IMG/VR virus record: IMGVR_UViG_3300014050_000006
Location: 1-64,000 of that record
DNA: 64,000 nucleotides
Source of the DNA: a virus
Direction: 5' to 3' (one strand)
The notes beneath the pieces were generated by a model. That model was given only the letters and a program-made list of their open reading frames with translations. It was not told where the DNA came from and ran no database searches. This document shows positions 9,228 to 18,891 of the stretch, piece after piece. Made by a program: the position numbers and the translations under genes. How positions within the stretch are numbered: position 1 is the first letter of the stretch; the number at the start of each line of letters is the position of its first letter.

Positions 9228-9901
9228 AAACAATGATATTTACTTTATCGAGAGATAATTATAAATCACTTAGAGATCTAACATCTCCCAATAAAATAGA
9301 ATATTGTAAAAAACATGGATATTTATTTGAAGAAAGAAATGATGATTTTCATTTTCAAAATCTTGGTTTTGAAAAAATATATAGAATATTAGAAATATTA
9401 AATCAAGATAAGTGCGACATCTTATATTGGTGTGGAACAGATACATTGATAACTAATTATAATATTAAAATTACTGATTTAATAGATGTCGAACATGATT
9501 TTTTTATTGCAACAGACGCCAATAATATAAATGCAGATTCATTTGTAATTAAAAATACAATAGATGCAAGAGAATTCTTTTTAAAAATTATAAACTCTTA
9601 TCCACAATACGCTCATCATTGTTGGGCTGAACAGCAAGTTATTATAGATCTTATAGCCCAAAATGAACATTACAAAAATATAACAAAAATACTTCCCCAA
9701 AAAATGATAAATTGCTATGATTATAATATATATCCAGATTCTAATTTTTCTGGAGCTATAGATAAACTTAGAAACAAACAAGACTATTATGGTAACTATG
9801 GTCAATGGGAACAAGGAGATTTTTTGATTCATTGGCCAGCTACTAACCTTGAACAACGATTAAATTTGACAAAGAAATATATTCCACTTATTATTAAATA
9901 G
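9224..9901 (+). CDS. GT-A glycosyltransferase (GT34/MNN10-like)
   Basis: NKIEYCKKHGY, TDTLITN (degenerate DxD), NADSF, WAEQ, GDFLIHWP. Confidence 0.75.
   Translation: MKTMIFTLSRDNYKSLRDLTSPNKIEYCKKHGYLFEERNDDFHFQNLGFEKIYRILEILNQDKCDILYWCGTDTLITNYNIKITDLIDVEHDFFIATDANNINADSFVIKNTIDAREFFLKIINSYPQYAHHCWAEQQVIIDLIAQNEHYKNITKILPQKMINCYDYNIYPDSNFSGAIDKLRNKQDYYGNYGQWEQGDFLIHWPATNLEQRLNLTKKYIPLIIK
9866..9894 (+). promoter_or_regulatory. sigma70-type promoter inside the 3' end of the upstream gene
   Basis: TTGACA-17-TATTAT, upstream of ATG 9911. Confidence 0.55.
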
Positions 9902-9910
9902 TATAAAAAT

Positions 9911-10594
9911 ATGATAAATATAAAACTTATTGATAAATCAATTTATAACCTAGAATTAGATTCAGATGATTTGAAAAATCATTTTTCAGATAGAAAAAAT
10001 TGTACATTAGAAATTTTGCATCAATTTAATGATTTAAATTATTATGATAATTTTATATCTAAAGATGATAATATTATTTTAGATATTGGCGGTAATATCG
10101 GTTTATTTTCTATTCATGTATCGCCTTATGCCAAAAAGATTATTACTTTAGAACCAACGCCATCTCATTTTAAATTACTTACGAAAATTACTGCTAAATT
10201 TAATAATATTATTCCAATGAATATAGCTTTATCAAATAAATCTGGTACAGAAAGATTTTTTACTTGTCAAACTAATAGCACAATGAATTCTCTTATAAAT
10301 AGAGGACACGTTTATTTTGATGTCGAATCAATTTCTTTAAAAGATTTAATTATAAAAAATGATTTAAATAAAATTGATTTTATAAAATTAGATATAGAAG
10401 GATCAGAAGTAATAGCTTTAAATGAAGAAGTGATTGCATTTATAAGTGATAAAGTTAAAAAGATTTTAATTGAAACTCATGACGTTGGTGATGGATTAGG
10501 ATATGGACACAGAGAAAGATTTGGTGAAATGTTCAAGAATAATGGTTATAAAATTAATTATTTTGGACCAGATGGAGTTTTTGCTTATAAATGA
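9911..10594 (+). CDS. FkbM-family methyltransferase
   Basis: LDIGGNIG, LEP, IDFIKLDIEGSE. Confidence 0.85.
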   Translation: MINIKLIDKSIYNLELDSDDLKNHFSDRKNCTLEILHQFNDLNYYDNFISKDDNIILDIGGNIGLFSIHVSPYAKKIITLEPTPSHFKLLTKITAKFNNIIPMNIALSNKSGTERFFTCQTNSTMNSLINRGHVYFDVESISLKDLIIKNDLNKIDFIKLDIEGSEVIALNEEVIAFISDKVKKILIETHDVGDGLGYGHRERFGEMFKNNGYKINYFGPDGVFAYK

Positions 10595-11214
10595 ATAAAT
10601 TAGAAAAAAGAATACTAGAAATAAGTTATAATCATAAATTATCTCATTTATCTAGCAATTTAAGTTCTGTGTCTATAATAGATGAAATCTATTCACTTAA
10701 AAAAGAAAATGAACCATTTATTTTAAGTAATGGTCATGCAGGATTAGCTTTATATGTAGTTCTAGAAAAATATTACGGAATCAATGCAGAAAAACTTCAT
10801 GAAAAACATGGAGTTCATCCAAACAGAGATTTAGAAAATAAAATTTTTTATTCAACAGGTAGTTTAGGTTGTGGGTTGCCAGCTGCATGTGGCATGGCCT
10901 TAGCAGACAAAACTAGAAATGTTTACTGCTTAATAAGTGATGGAGAAATGTTTGAAGGAAGTATTTATGAAACTTTTAATATAGTTAATAAATATAAAAT
11001 AAATAATTTAAAAATATATGCTAATGTTAATGGATATAGTGCTTTAGCACAATTTGATAAATATGAAATTATTCAAAAATTAAAAAATTTACATCAAAAC
11101 ATAGAAATAAGATTAACCGATTATATTTATAAAAAATTTCCATTTGTTAATGGATTAGCTGGACATTATAATGTATTAACTGAAAAAGAAATGGAAACTA
11201 TCAAAAATGCGTAG
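10591..11214 (+). CDS. transketolase N-terminal (TPP-binding) subunit
   Basis: FILSNGHA, STGSLG.GL, SDGE..EG.....N TPP motif. Confidence 0.85.
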   Translation: MNKLEKRILEISYNHKLSHLSSNLSSVSIIDEIYSLKKENEPFILSNGHAGLALYVVLEKYYGINAEKLHEKHGVHPNRDLENKIFYSTGSLGCGLPAACGMALADKTRNVYCLISDGEMFEGSIYETFNIVNKYKINNLKIYANVNGYSALAQFDKYEIIQKLKNLHQNIEIRLTDYIYKKFPFVNGLAGHYNVLTEKEMETIKNA

Positions 11215-11683
11215 AATATTTTTTCAAGAATTACATAAAAATATGAGCCAAAATGATAAGATATTATCATTAACTGGAGATCTTGGTTATGGTGGTTTTG
11301 ATAAGATAATATCTGATTATCCCGATAGATTTTTAAATTGTCAAGCAGCAGAATTTTCTATGATGGGAGTCGCATGTGGATTAGCTCTCGAAGGCAAAAT
11401 ACCAGTTGTTTATTCGATTGGTACTTTTTTAATTTATAGACCATTTGAGATAATTAGAACATATATCAATCATGAAAATATTCCAGTAAAATTAATTTGT
11501 AGTGGCAGAGATAAAGATTATGAACACGATGGCATTAGTCATTGGATGGATGATATTAAGGAATACCTAGATACTTTTAAAAATATAAAACAATACTGGC
11601 CCCAAAATGAAAAAGAAATGATAGATTCTTTACCAGAATTATTAAATAATAATAAACCATGTTTTTTAAGTTTAAAAAGATAA
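11207..11683 (+). CDS. transketolase pyrimidine-binding subunit (no C-terminal domain)
   Basis: TGDLG, AEFSMMGVACGLA, RPFE.IR, DGISH; only 158 aa. Confidence 0.85.
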   Translation: MRRIFFQELHKNMSQNDKILSLTGDLGYGGFDKIISDYPDRFLNCQAAEFSMMGVACGLALEGKIPVVYSIGTFLIYRPFEIIRTYINHENIPVKLICSGRDKDYEHDGISHWMDDIKEYLDTFKNIKQYWPQNEKEMIDSLPELLNNNKPCFLSLKR

Positions 11684-12457
11684 ATGAAGATTTTAGTTAC
11701 TGGTGGTTCTGGATTTGTAGGCAAAAGTCTAATATCTAAATTAAATAAATATACTTTACTATATCCAACTAGCACGGAACTAGATTTAACTGATGCGAAA
11801 AAACTAGAAGATTATTTAGATTTTCATAATTTTGATTTCATTATTAATTCTGCAGTAAGAGGTGGAAGAAGAACTAGAGTAGATACTGAAAAAGATTTTT
11901 ATAATAATATTAAAATATTAGATAATATTTTAAATCTTAAAAAAGAAAATACAAAGCTAATAACTTTTTCTAGCGGAGCAGAAATATATAAGCAAGATAC
12001 TTTTTATGGATTAAGTAAAAAAATTTGTACATCTTTAATTAAAGATAAACAAAATATAAAAAATTTAAGAATATTTAATGTATTTGGTGAACTTGGGATG
12101 AAGGATTCTTTCGTATATTCTACTATAGAAAAATGTTTAAAAAATGAAGATATAGTAATTTGGGAAAATTTGTTTTTCGATGTATATTATATTAACGATT
12201 TAATTAATTTAATTGATTTAATTATAATTAATAATTCAAAAGAATATGAAGAAATTGATTGCGTATATGAAAAAAAATATAAACTAAGTGATATAGCGCA
12301 AATTATTAAAAATATATCTAATTCCAAAAGTAATATCATTATACAAAACGATAATAATTTAAAATATATAGGTAATCATAAACATATACCCAATCTGCAT
12401 TTAACTTCAATAGAAGATAGTTTAAATAATTTAATCCAATATCAAATAAATAATTGA
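11684..12457 (+). CDS. NAD-dependent epimerase/dehydratase
   Basis: VTGGSGFVG, SSGA, YGLSK, LRIFNVFG. Confidence 0.85.
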   Translation: MKILVTGGSGFVGKSLISKLNKYTLLYPTSTELDLTDAKKLEDYLDFHNFDFIINSAVRGGRRTRVDTEKDFYNNIKILDNILNLKKENTKLITFSSGAEIYKQDTFYGLSKKICTSLIKDKQNIKNLRIFNVFGELGMKDSFVYSTIEKCLKNEDIVIWENLFFDVYYINDLINLIDLIIINNSKEYEEIDCVYEKKYKLSDIAQIIKNISNSKSNIIIQNDNNLKYIGNHKHIPNLHLTSIEDSLNNLIQYQINN

Positions 12458-12482
12458 ATTTTATCTTTATAGAGTATAAAAT
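12454..12482 (+). promoter_or_regulatory. sigma70-type promoter
   Basis: TTGAAT-17-TAAAAT, 6 nt before ATG 12489. Confidence 0.6.
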
Positions 12483-12488
12483 ATTAAA

Positions 12489-13631
12489 ATGAGTCAAAAT
12501 TTTAAAGAAACATATTACGGCAAAAAGATAGATACAGCTAATATTTTAAATATTGAAGACGCCGCAAAGATAATAAAAGGAAGAAAAACTGTAGTAATTA
12601 CTGGAGTTACTGGTCAAGATGGTAGCCATATGGTTGATTTTTTGTTAAAAAATACTGATCTTTTAATATTTGGAGGAGTTAGGAGACTTAGTGTTTATAA
12701 TCATAAAAATATTAAACATATTAATTCTGATAGATTTCATTTAATTAATTTTGATTTAACAGATTCTCATGCAATAGCAAGAACTGTAGAAAAACTTCAA
12801 CCAGATTATTTTATTAATTTCGCTGCTCAAAGTTTTGTTGCAAGTAGTTGGGATTTTGCTAGGCAAACATGGGCTACAAATTCAACTTCTGTATTGGATA
12901 TTTTAGAAGCAATTAGATTATATAAACCAAATTGTAGATTATATCAAGCTGGATCTAGCGAAGAATTTGGTAATGTTCTTTATGCACCACAAGATGAAAA
13001 ACATCCGTTAAGGCCAAGAAGCCCTTATGGAGCAAGTAAAGCTGCATCTAGACAACTTATTAAAGTTTATCGTGATTCTTATAATCTTTATGCAATTCAA
13101 GGATGGTTATTTAATCATGAAGGAACAAGACGCGGCGAAGAATTTGTAACAAGAAAAATTACAAAAAATGTTGCTAGAATTTATCATGCATTAAAAAATA
13201 ATCAAGAATTTATTCCTTTAGAATTAGGAAACATGGAAGCAAAAAGAGATTGGAGTGATTCAGAAGATTTCATTGAAGGCGTATGGATGATGTTAAATCA
13301 AGATATTTATAATAAAAATTATAATGGAATACCCCAAGAATACGTTTTCTCATCTAATGAAACTCATACAATTAAAGAATTTGTAGAAAAAGCTTTTGAT
13401 ATTGCTGGCATAAAAGGAAATTGGATAGGTCAAAATGAACATTTAATGTATGTTTTAAATGATAAAACCTTAGTTCAAATTAATCCTAAATTTTATAGAC
13501 CAGCAGAAGTAGAGTTATTACTTGGAGATTCTACAAAAGCTAGAGAAGAATTAGGATGGAAACCAAAAATTTCATTTGACAATTTAATCAAAAAGATGGT
13601 AATATCAGATATTGAAAATTACCAACCATAA
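12489..13631 (+). CDS. gmd: GDP-mannose 4,6-dehydratase
   Basis: ITGVTGQDGS, AAQSFV, YQAGSSE, PRSPYGASK, FNHE..RRGEEFVTRKI, RDW, RPAEV. Confidence 0.93.
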   Translation: MSQNFKETYYGKKIDTANILNIEDAAKIIKGRKTVVITGVTGQDGSHMVDFLLKNTDLLIFGGVRRLSVYNHKNIKHINSDRFHLINFDLTDSHAIARTVEKLQPDYFINFAAQSFVASSWDFARQTWATNSTSVLDILEAIRLYKPNCRLYQAGSSEEFGNVLYAPQDEKHPLRPRSPYGASKAASRQLIKVYRDSYNLYAIQGWLFNHEGTRRGEEFVTRKITKNVARIYHALKNNQEFIPLELGNMEAKRDWSDSEDFIEGVWMMLNQDIYNKNYNGIPQEYVFSSNETHTIKEFVEKAFDIAGIKGNWIGQNEHLMYVLNDKTLVQINPKFYRPAEVELLLGDSTKAREELGWKPKISFDNLIKKMVISDIENYQP

Positions 13632-13953
13632 ACTTTGTCAATTTATAGTCAAAAAATTTGTAAAAAAAGATATAATTTGGCCAAAAGAAATTAAAATAGC
13701 TAAAACTTTAATACAAAGTTATACTTATTTTAAATATTGGAATAATTTAACAGAATTAAATTTACCTAGTTTAGCATGGTTTTTAACAAGTGATGGTAAA
13801 AATTTTTTAAGAAAAGAATACTTTAAACAAAAATTAACTCTTAAAGAACGTAAAAATATAATTCTTCAAGAAAATAAATTAGGAGAAGATAAAAAAGTTT
13901 GCCAAAAACCTAAAAGTTTGTTAGAATTTATAAGATATGGGAAGAAAACCTAA
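13612..13953 (+). CDS. hypothetical protein
   Basis: 113-aa ORF overlapping both neighbours; TTGACA-18-TAATAT (13576-13605) just upstream. Confidence 0.55.
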   Translation: MKITNHKLCQFIVKKFVKKDIIWPKEIKIAKTLIQSYTYFKYWNNLTELNLPSLAWFLTSDGKNFLRKEYFKQKLTLKERKNIILQENKLGEDKKVCQKPKSLLEFIRYGKKT

Positions 13954-15079
13954 AGAAGAAGTCGTTGAATCATCTGGTCCAAGTGCATCAGATAGATTAT
14001 TATCATTTTTAAAAGACAACAAAGATGACCATTATAATTTTGAAGATGAGGTATATTACAAGGTATCTACTGGTAGTCTAAATTTAGACATAGCTACGGG
14101 TGGTGGTTTATGCCCAGGTTTACATAGATTCATTGGAATGAATGAAGGTGGTAAAACTTCAGAAGCACTTGAAGTAACAAAGAACTTTCTTAAATCAGTA
14201 GAAAACTCTAGAGCTTTACTTTTTAAGGCAGAAGGAAGACTAAGTAAAGAAATTAAAGAACGATCTGGAATTAAATTCGTAACTGACCCTAAAGAATGGG
14301 TTGACGGAACTTGCTTCGTTTTTGAATGTAATATTTTTGAAACAGTTTCAGAATTGATGAAAGATTTGATTCAATCTAATGATGAAGGAAAGAGGTACAT
14401 GTTTATTCTTGATTCAGTTGATGGATTAATGACTAAAGGTGATGCTCAAAAGAGCATGACAGAAGCAACAAAGGTTGCAGGAGGAGCAGTTATCTCATCA
14501 ATGTTAATGAAAAAAATTTCTCTTGCTCTTTCTAAACGTGGACATATGGCTATTTTCATTAGTCAAGTTCGATCTGATATTAAGCTTGATCCTTATGCTG
14601 CAAATAAAGATATTCGTCAAACCACTGCAACTGGTGGAAATGCTTTATTGCATTTTGCGAATTGGATTCTTGAATTTGAACCAAAGTTTAATAAAGATCT
14701 TATTCTTGAAAAACCAAATGATAAGTATGATCCAGTAAAAAATAAAATTATTGGACATAATGTGAAGATTGTAATTAAAAAATCTACAAATGAATCTACA
14801 AATTCTAAGATTCAATATCCAATTAAATATGGTCGTAAAGATGGTTCTTCGGTTTGGAGAGAATATGAAGTTATTGATCAAATCCTTGCTTGGGAATTTG
14901 CAACAGCAAAAGGTGCATGGGTAACATTCTCAGATGAGATTATTGATGAACTTAAAAATCAAAATCTTGAACTCAAGAAACAACATCAAGGAATAGATAA
15001 TCTTAGATCTTATCTTGAAGAAAATAAACCAATTGTAGATTACTTTTACAATAAATTTATTAATACTTTGGCTTCATGA
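13937..15079 (+). CDS. recA: RecA/UvsX-like recombinase
   Basis: STGSLNLDIATGGG, P-loop GMNEGGKT, ILDSV, FISQVR, TGGNAL.HFA, KGAW. Confidence 0.9.
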   Translation: MGRKPKEEVVESSGPSASDRLLSFLKDNKDDHYNFEDEVYYKVSTGSLNLDIATGGGLCPGLHRFIGMNEGGKTSEALEVTKNFLKSVENSRALLFKAEGRLSKEIKERSGIKFVTDPKEWVDGTCFVFECNIFETVSELMKDLIQSNDEGKRYMFILDSVDGLMTKGDAQKSMTEATKVAGGAVISSMLMKKISLALSKRGHMAIFISQVRSDIKLDPYAANKDIRQTTATGGNALLHFANWILEFEPKFNKDLILEKPNDKYDPVKNKIIGHNVKIVIKKSTNESTNSKIQYPIKYGRKDGSSVWREYEVIDQILAWEFATAKGAWVTFSDEIIDELKNQNLELKKQHQGIDNLRSYLEENKPIVDYFYNKFINTLAS

Positions 15080-15495
15080 GATTATTAAATATTAACGGCA
15101 AGCTCGTTAATAAAAATGTAAGAAAATACTTAATAGATTGGGAAGGCAAAAGTCGTAGTAAATTACAATTTAAGTTTAAACAATTTTTTTATCCTTACTG
15201 GAAAAATCATATAGTTTATGAAGAGTTTCCAGTTTATGGAAGTATGCTTAAAGTTGATTTATTAAATGCAACAAAAAAGATAGCAGTTGAAATACAAGGC
15301 AATCAACATGAGAGCTTTAATAAGTTCTTTCATGATAATTCAAGATTAAAATACCTTCAAAGTATCAAAAGAGATGTTAAAAAGGAAAAATGGCTTGATA
15401 TAAATGGATTTAAATTCCTAGAGCTTTATGAAGATGACCTTAAGGATTTATCACCACAATATATAGAAGAAAAGTGTGGAATATTGATTATTTAA
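15076..15495 (+). CDS. Vsr/DUF559-like endonuclease
   Basis: EEFPV....KVD......AVEIQG.QH....RD..K. Confidence 0.7.
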   Translation: MRLLNINGKLVNKNVRKYLIDWEGKSRSKLQFKFKQFFYPYWKNHIVYEEFPVYGSMLKVDLLNATKKIAVEIQGNQHESFNKFFHDNSRLKYLQSIKRDVKKEKWLDINGFKFLELYEDDLKDLSPQYIEEKCGILII

Positions 15496-15501
15496 GTGTA
15501 A
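15496..15501 (+). promoter_or_regulatory. GTGTAA motif
   Basis: Directly after stop 15495; 9 nt before in-frame GTG at 15511. Confidence 0.55.
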
Positions 15502-15507
15502 AAATGG

Positions 15508-15804
15508 TTGGTGACAAATAAAAAGAAATTTAATTTTCCTAATAACTTATTAAAGCAATTAGACGAATGTAGCTTTGGCGGATATATTTTATTTAATTTT
15601 AATTCTAAAGGTGATCCTCAAGTCTTTACAAAATTTGATAATCAAATGAACGCTATGGCTTTATTATACTATCTTGGTTCTTGGAGTAATACAGTAGATC
15701 AAATGAATATGGATGCAACAGCAGATGCTATTATGGAGCAATCAGATAAAAATAATAATAAAAATGATGATAAATTTGATGATGGTTTTGAAGAAGAAGA
15801 ATAA
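15508..15804 (+). CDS. hypothetical protein with acidic tail (true start possibly GTG 15511)
   Basis: 98 aa, ends DDGFEEEE. Confidence 0.6.
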   Translation: MVTNKKKFNFPNNLLKQLDECSFGGYILFNFNSKGDPQVFTKFDNQMNAMALLYYLGSWSNTVDQMNMDATADAIMEQSDKNNNKNDDKFDDGFEEEE

Positions 15805-15824
15805 TCTAAATACGAATACTTTAC

Positions 15825-15853
15825 TTGACTTTTAATTTTTAACATAGTATTAT
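15825..15853 (+). promoter_or_regulatory. sigma70-type promoter
   Basis: TTGACT-17-TATTAT, 7 nt before dnaB ATG. Confidence 0.7.
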
Positions 15854-15860
15854 ATATAGA

Positions 15861-17345
15861 ATGATTTATTCTGTTCAGATTGAACGACATGTATTAAGCG
15901 GTTTAATTAAATATCAAAATCTTTTTGCAGATATTGATACTTTTATTTCCGAAAATGATTTTTATAATGATGTACATTCTACAATTTATGCAGTTTACAA
16001 AAACATAAAACATAAAGGCGAAACAGTAGATAAAGTATTATTAGCAGAAAAAATTAAAAATTTAGGTATATCTTTTAAAGATGACATCAATATTTATGAT
16101 TATATTGATAATCTTTCATTTTCTCAGATCACAGAAAAAGCGACACTAGAAGCATGTCAAGAACTACTTAAGCTAAGAATTAGAAGAGAAATTCTTGAAA
16201 CTGCGGATAAAATTAAAACTCATGTTTCAAAAAATAGCGAATTATCTATAGATCAAATCTTATCAGATGCAGATGCTATGTATAATGGTAAAATATCTGC
16301 TTATACTACAAATGATTTACCAGTTAATCTTTTCCAAGATGCAGAAGATATTATTGAAGAAATTGGAAACTCTCCTAAAGAAGAAACTGGATTAATAACT
16401 CCATATCCAGAATTTAATAGAATGTATGGTGGTTTAAAAAATGGTAATATTTATGCAATCGTAAGTCGTCCAGGCCAAGGTAAAAGTACTTGGATTAATG
16501 ATATGTGTTTTAAAACATCTATCAATCCAAAGAATAAAGTCAAAGCTCTTATTTTAGATACAGAAATGCAAGCAATAGATATTAGATTTAGAATGATATC
16601 TTCATTAACAGGTGTTCCAGTTTGGTATTTGGAAACTGGTAATTGGCGAAAAAATGAAGAAATGGTAGTAAAAGTTAGATCTGCTTGGCCAGTAATTAAA
16701 AATTATCAATATCATCATTATCATGTTGGTAGTAAAAACATTGATCAAATTTGCTCTATGATTCGTAGATGGCATCTTTCTCACGTTGGAAGAGGAAATC
16801 AAGCTGTAATTGCATACGACTATATTAAACTTACTGGCGAAAAAGTTGGGCAAAACTGGGCTGAACATCAAGCGATTGGAGATAAGATTGATAAGTTAAA
16901 AAGAATTTCAGAAGAATTACAAACCCCAATTATTACAGCGATGCAATTAAATCGAAGTGGAGAATCTTTTAATCGAAAAGGCGCAGATGTTACAGATGAC
17001 GCTTCTGCGATTTCATTGTCAGATAGACTACAATGGTTTGCTTCATTCGTAGCAATTTTTAGAAGAAAAACTGTTGATGAATTAGCTTTAGATACTCCAC
17101 AATTTGGAACTCATAAACTAATTCCAACTAAAACTCGATTCCAAGGTAAAGACGCAGCGGGGCATCAAGATATTGTGCGTAGATTAGATGCTACAGGAAA
17201 AGAAACATGGGCACAAAATTACCTTAATTATAGAGTAGAAAATTTCAATATCACAGAGCATGGATCATTAGTAGAGATTGCAGCTAGACAAAGAGAGCAA
17301 TATCAATTAAATGATCAAAATCAAAATGATGGAGAATTATTATGA
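15861..17345 (+). CDS. dnaB: replicative DNA helicase
   Basis: N-terminal DnaB domain (ERHVL, DFY...H..IY); Walker A RPGQGKS; TEM; YDYI; QLNR. Confidence 0.92.
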   Translation: MIYSVQIERHVLSGLIKYQNLFADIDTFISENDFYNDVHSTIYAVYKNIKHKGETVDKVLLAEKIKNLGISFKDDINIYDYIDNLSFSQITEKATLEACQELLKLRIRREILETADKIKTHVSKNSELSIDQILSDADAMYNGKISAYTTNDLPVNLFQDAEDIIEEIGNSPKEETGLITPYPEFNRMYGGLKNGNIYAIVSRPGQGKSTWINDMCFKTSINPKNKVKALILDTEMQAIDIRFRMISSLTGVPVWYLETGNWRKNEEMVVKVRSAWPVIKNYQYHHYHVGSKNIDQICSMIRRWHLSHVGRGNQAVIAYDYIKLTGEKVGQNWAEHQAIGDKIDKLKRISEELQTPIITAMQLNRSGESFNRKGADVTDDASAISLSDRLQWFASFVAIFRRKTVDELALDTPQFGTHKLIPTKTRFQGKDAAGHQDIVRRLDATGKETWAQNYLNYRVENFNITEHGSLVEIAARQREQYQLNDQNQNDGELL

Positions 17346-18001
17346 ATGTTAAATTAGTATCAGTTACCAAACCAGAAATAGATGGAGTTTATAATGGAGA
17401 AGATTTAGTAGCATACTGCGCAAGAGTTAGCAACCCATCTAATCAAATGAATACAGAAACTGCGCCAAAACTTTTAAAATTTTTAATCAAACATAAACAT
17501 TGGAGTCCATTTGAAATGGTTGATATGACTGTAGAGATTAAAACTAGTAGAGCAATTGCAGCACAAATATTAAGACATCGCTCTTTTTCTTTTCAAGAGT
17601 TTAGTCAAAGATATAGCACAGCAAATGAATTTGAAGATATTGAACTTAGAATGCAAGGAGATAAAAATAGACAAGTTGGAGAAGAATTAATATCTAGAAA
17701 TCATCCAGAGTATGATAATGTGACTACTTTTATGATGGAAAGTTTGGCTATGGCTCAAGATTGCTATGATTTAATGATTCAAGCTGGAATCGCTAAAGAA
17801 GTAGCTAGAATGGTTTTACCATTAACAACTCAAACAACAATGTATATGAAAGGTTCATTAAGAAGTTGGATTCACTATCTCGATCTTAGAACAGAAAAAA
17901 ATACTCAAAAAGAACATAGATTAATTGCAGAAGAATGTAAAAAAATATTTATCGAACAATTTCCAACTATATCGGAGGCTTTAGAATGGAAACTGGAGTA
18001 A
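17342..18001 (+). CDS. thyX: FAD-dependent thymidylate synthase
   Basis: H.SPFE, RHRSFSFQEFSQRY, KEVARMVLP, LRSWIH. Confidence 0.95.
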   Translation: MNVKLVSVTKPEIDGVYNGEDLVAYCARVSNPSNQMNTETAPKLLKFLIKHKHWSPFEMVDMTVEIKTSRAIAAQILRHRSFSFQEFSQRYSTANEFEDIELRMQGDKNRQVGEELISRNHPEYDNVTTFMMESLAMAQDCYDLMIQAGIAKEVARMVLPLTTQTTMYMKGSLRSWIHYLDLRTEKNTQKEHRLIAEECKKIFIEQFPTISEALEWKLE

Positions 18002-18891
18002 ACATTCATCAAATATTGACTAGCATGGGATATTCTCTAAAAGATTTTGGAAGAGAATATCGAGCAAAACCAATCTATCGAGACAGCGATAATGATACTG
18101 TATTAAGAATTTACAAAGATTCTGGATTTTGGGTAGACTTCAAAGAGAATATTAGTGGAGATTTCAACTCTTTAGTCAAGATGAGTTTGAAACTTGAAAC
18201 AGAAGAGCAAGCTAAAATTTGGTTAAAAAATAATAATTTTCAACATATAGTAAATAAAGATGAAAAACCTAAAATTAAAGAAAAGAAAACTTTTGATAAA
18301 GATCTTCTTTTAAAATTAAATAAAAACCATGAATATTGGATTAATAGAGGAATCGAAGAAAATGTGTTGAAACAATTTCAAGGCGGAATTGCTAACGCTG
18401 GAAAAATGAAAGACAGATATGTATTTCCAATATTTAATAGTAAAAATGAAATTACAGGATTTTCTGGTAGAGATATAACAAATAAAAGTAAAATTAAATG
18501 GAAACATTTAGGAGATAAAAGTTCATGGTGTTATCCAATGTTTTTGAATGTAGAAGATATTAAAGAGCGCAAAGAAGTATTTTTAATTGAAAGTATTGGA
18601 GATTGTTTAGCTCTTTATCAAGCTGGAATAACCAATACCATTGTTACTTTTGGATTAGAAATAAGTATTTCAATACTTAATTTTTTGCTTAAGATTGATC
18701 CGAATAAAATTTATATATCATTTAATAATGATTCAGAAAAAAATAATGCTGGAAATCAAGCTTGCGAAAAAGGAATGAATAAATTATTAAGATATTTTGA
18801 TGCAAGACAACTTTCTATTAAGCTTCCAACAAAAAAAGATTTTGGAGAGATGAATAAAGAAGAAATTTTACAATGGAAAAACAATCTTTAA
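17986..18891 (+). CDS. DnaG-like TOPRIM primase (atypical)
   Basis: RYVFPI...GFSGR...KW, LIESIGD, FNND, KDFGE; position next to dnaB. Confidence 0.8.
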   Translation: METGVNIHQILTSMGYSLKDFGREYRAKPIYRDSDNDTVLRIYKDSGFWVDFKENISGDFNSLVKMSLKLETEEQAKIWLKNNNFQHIVNKDEKPKIKEKKTFDKDLLLKLNKNHEYWINRGIEENVLKQFQGGIANAGKMKDRYVFPIFNSKNEITGFSGRDITNKSKIKWKHLGDKSSWCYPMFLNVEDIKERKEVFLIESIGDCLALYQAGITNTIVTFGLEISISILNFLLKIDPNKIYISFNNDSEKNNAGNQACEKGMNKLLRYFDARQLSIKLPTKKDFGEMNKEEILQWKNNL

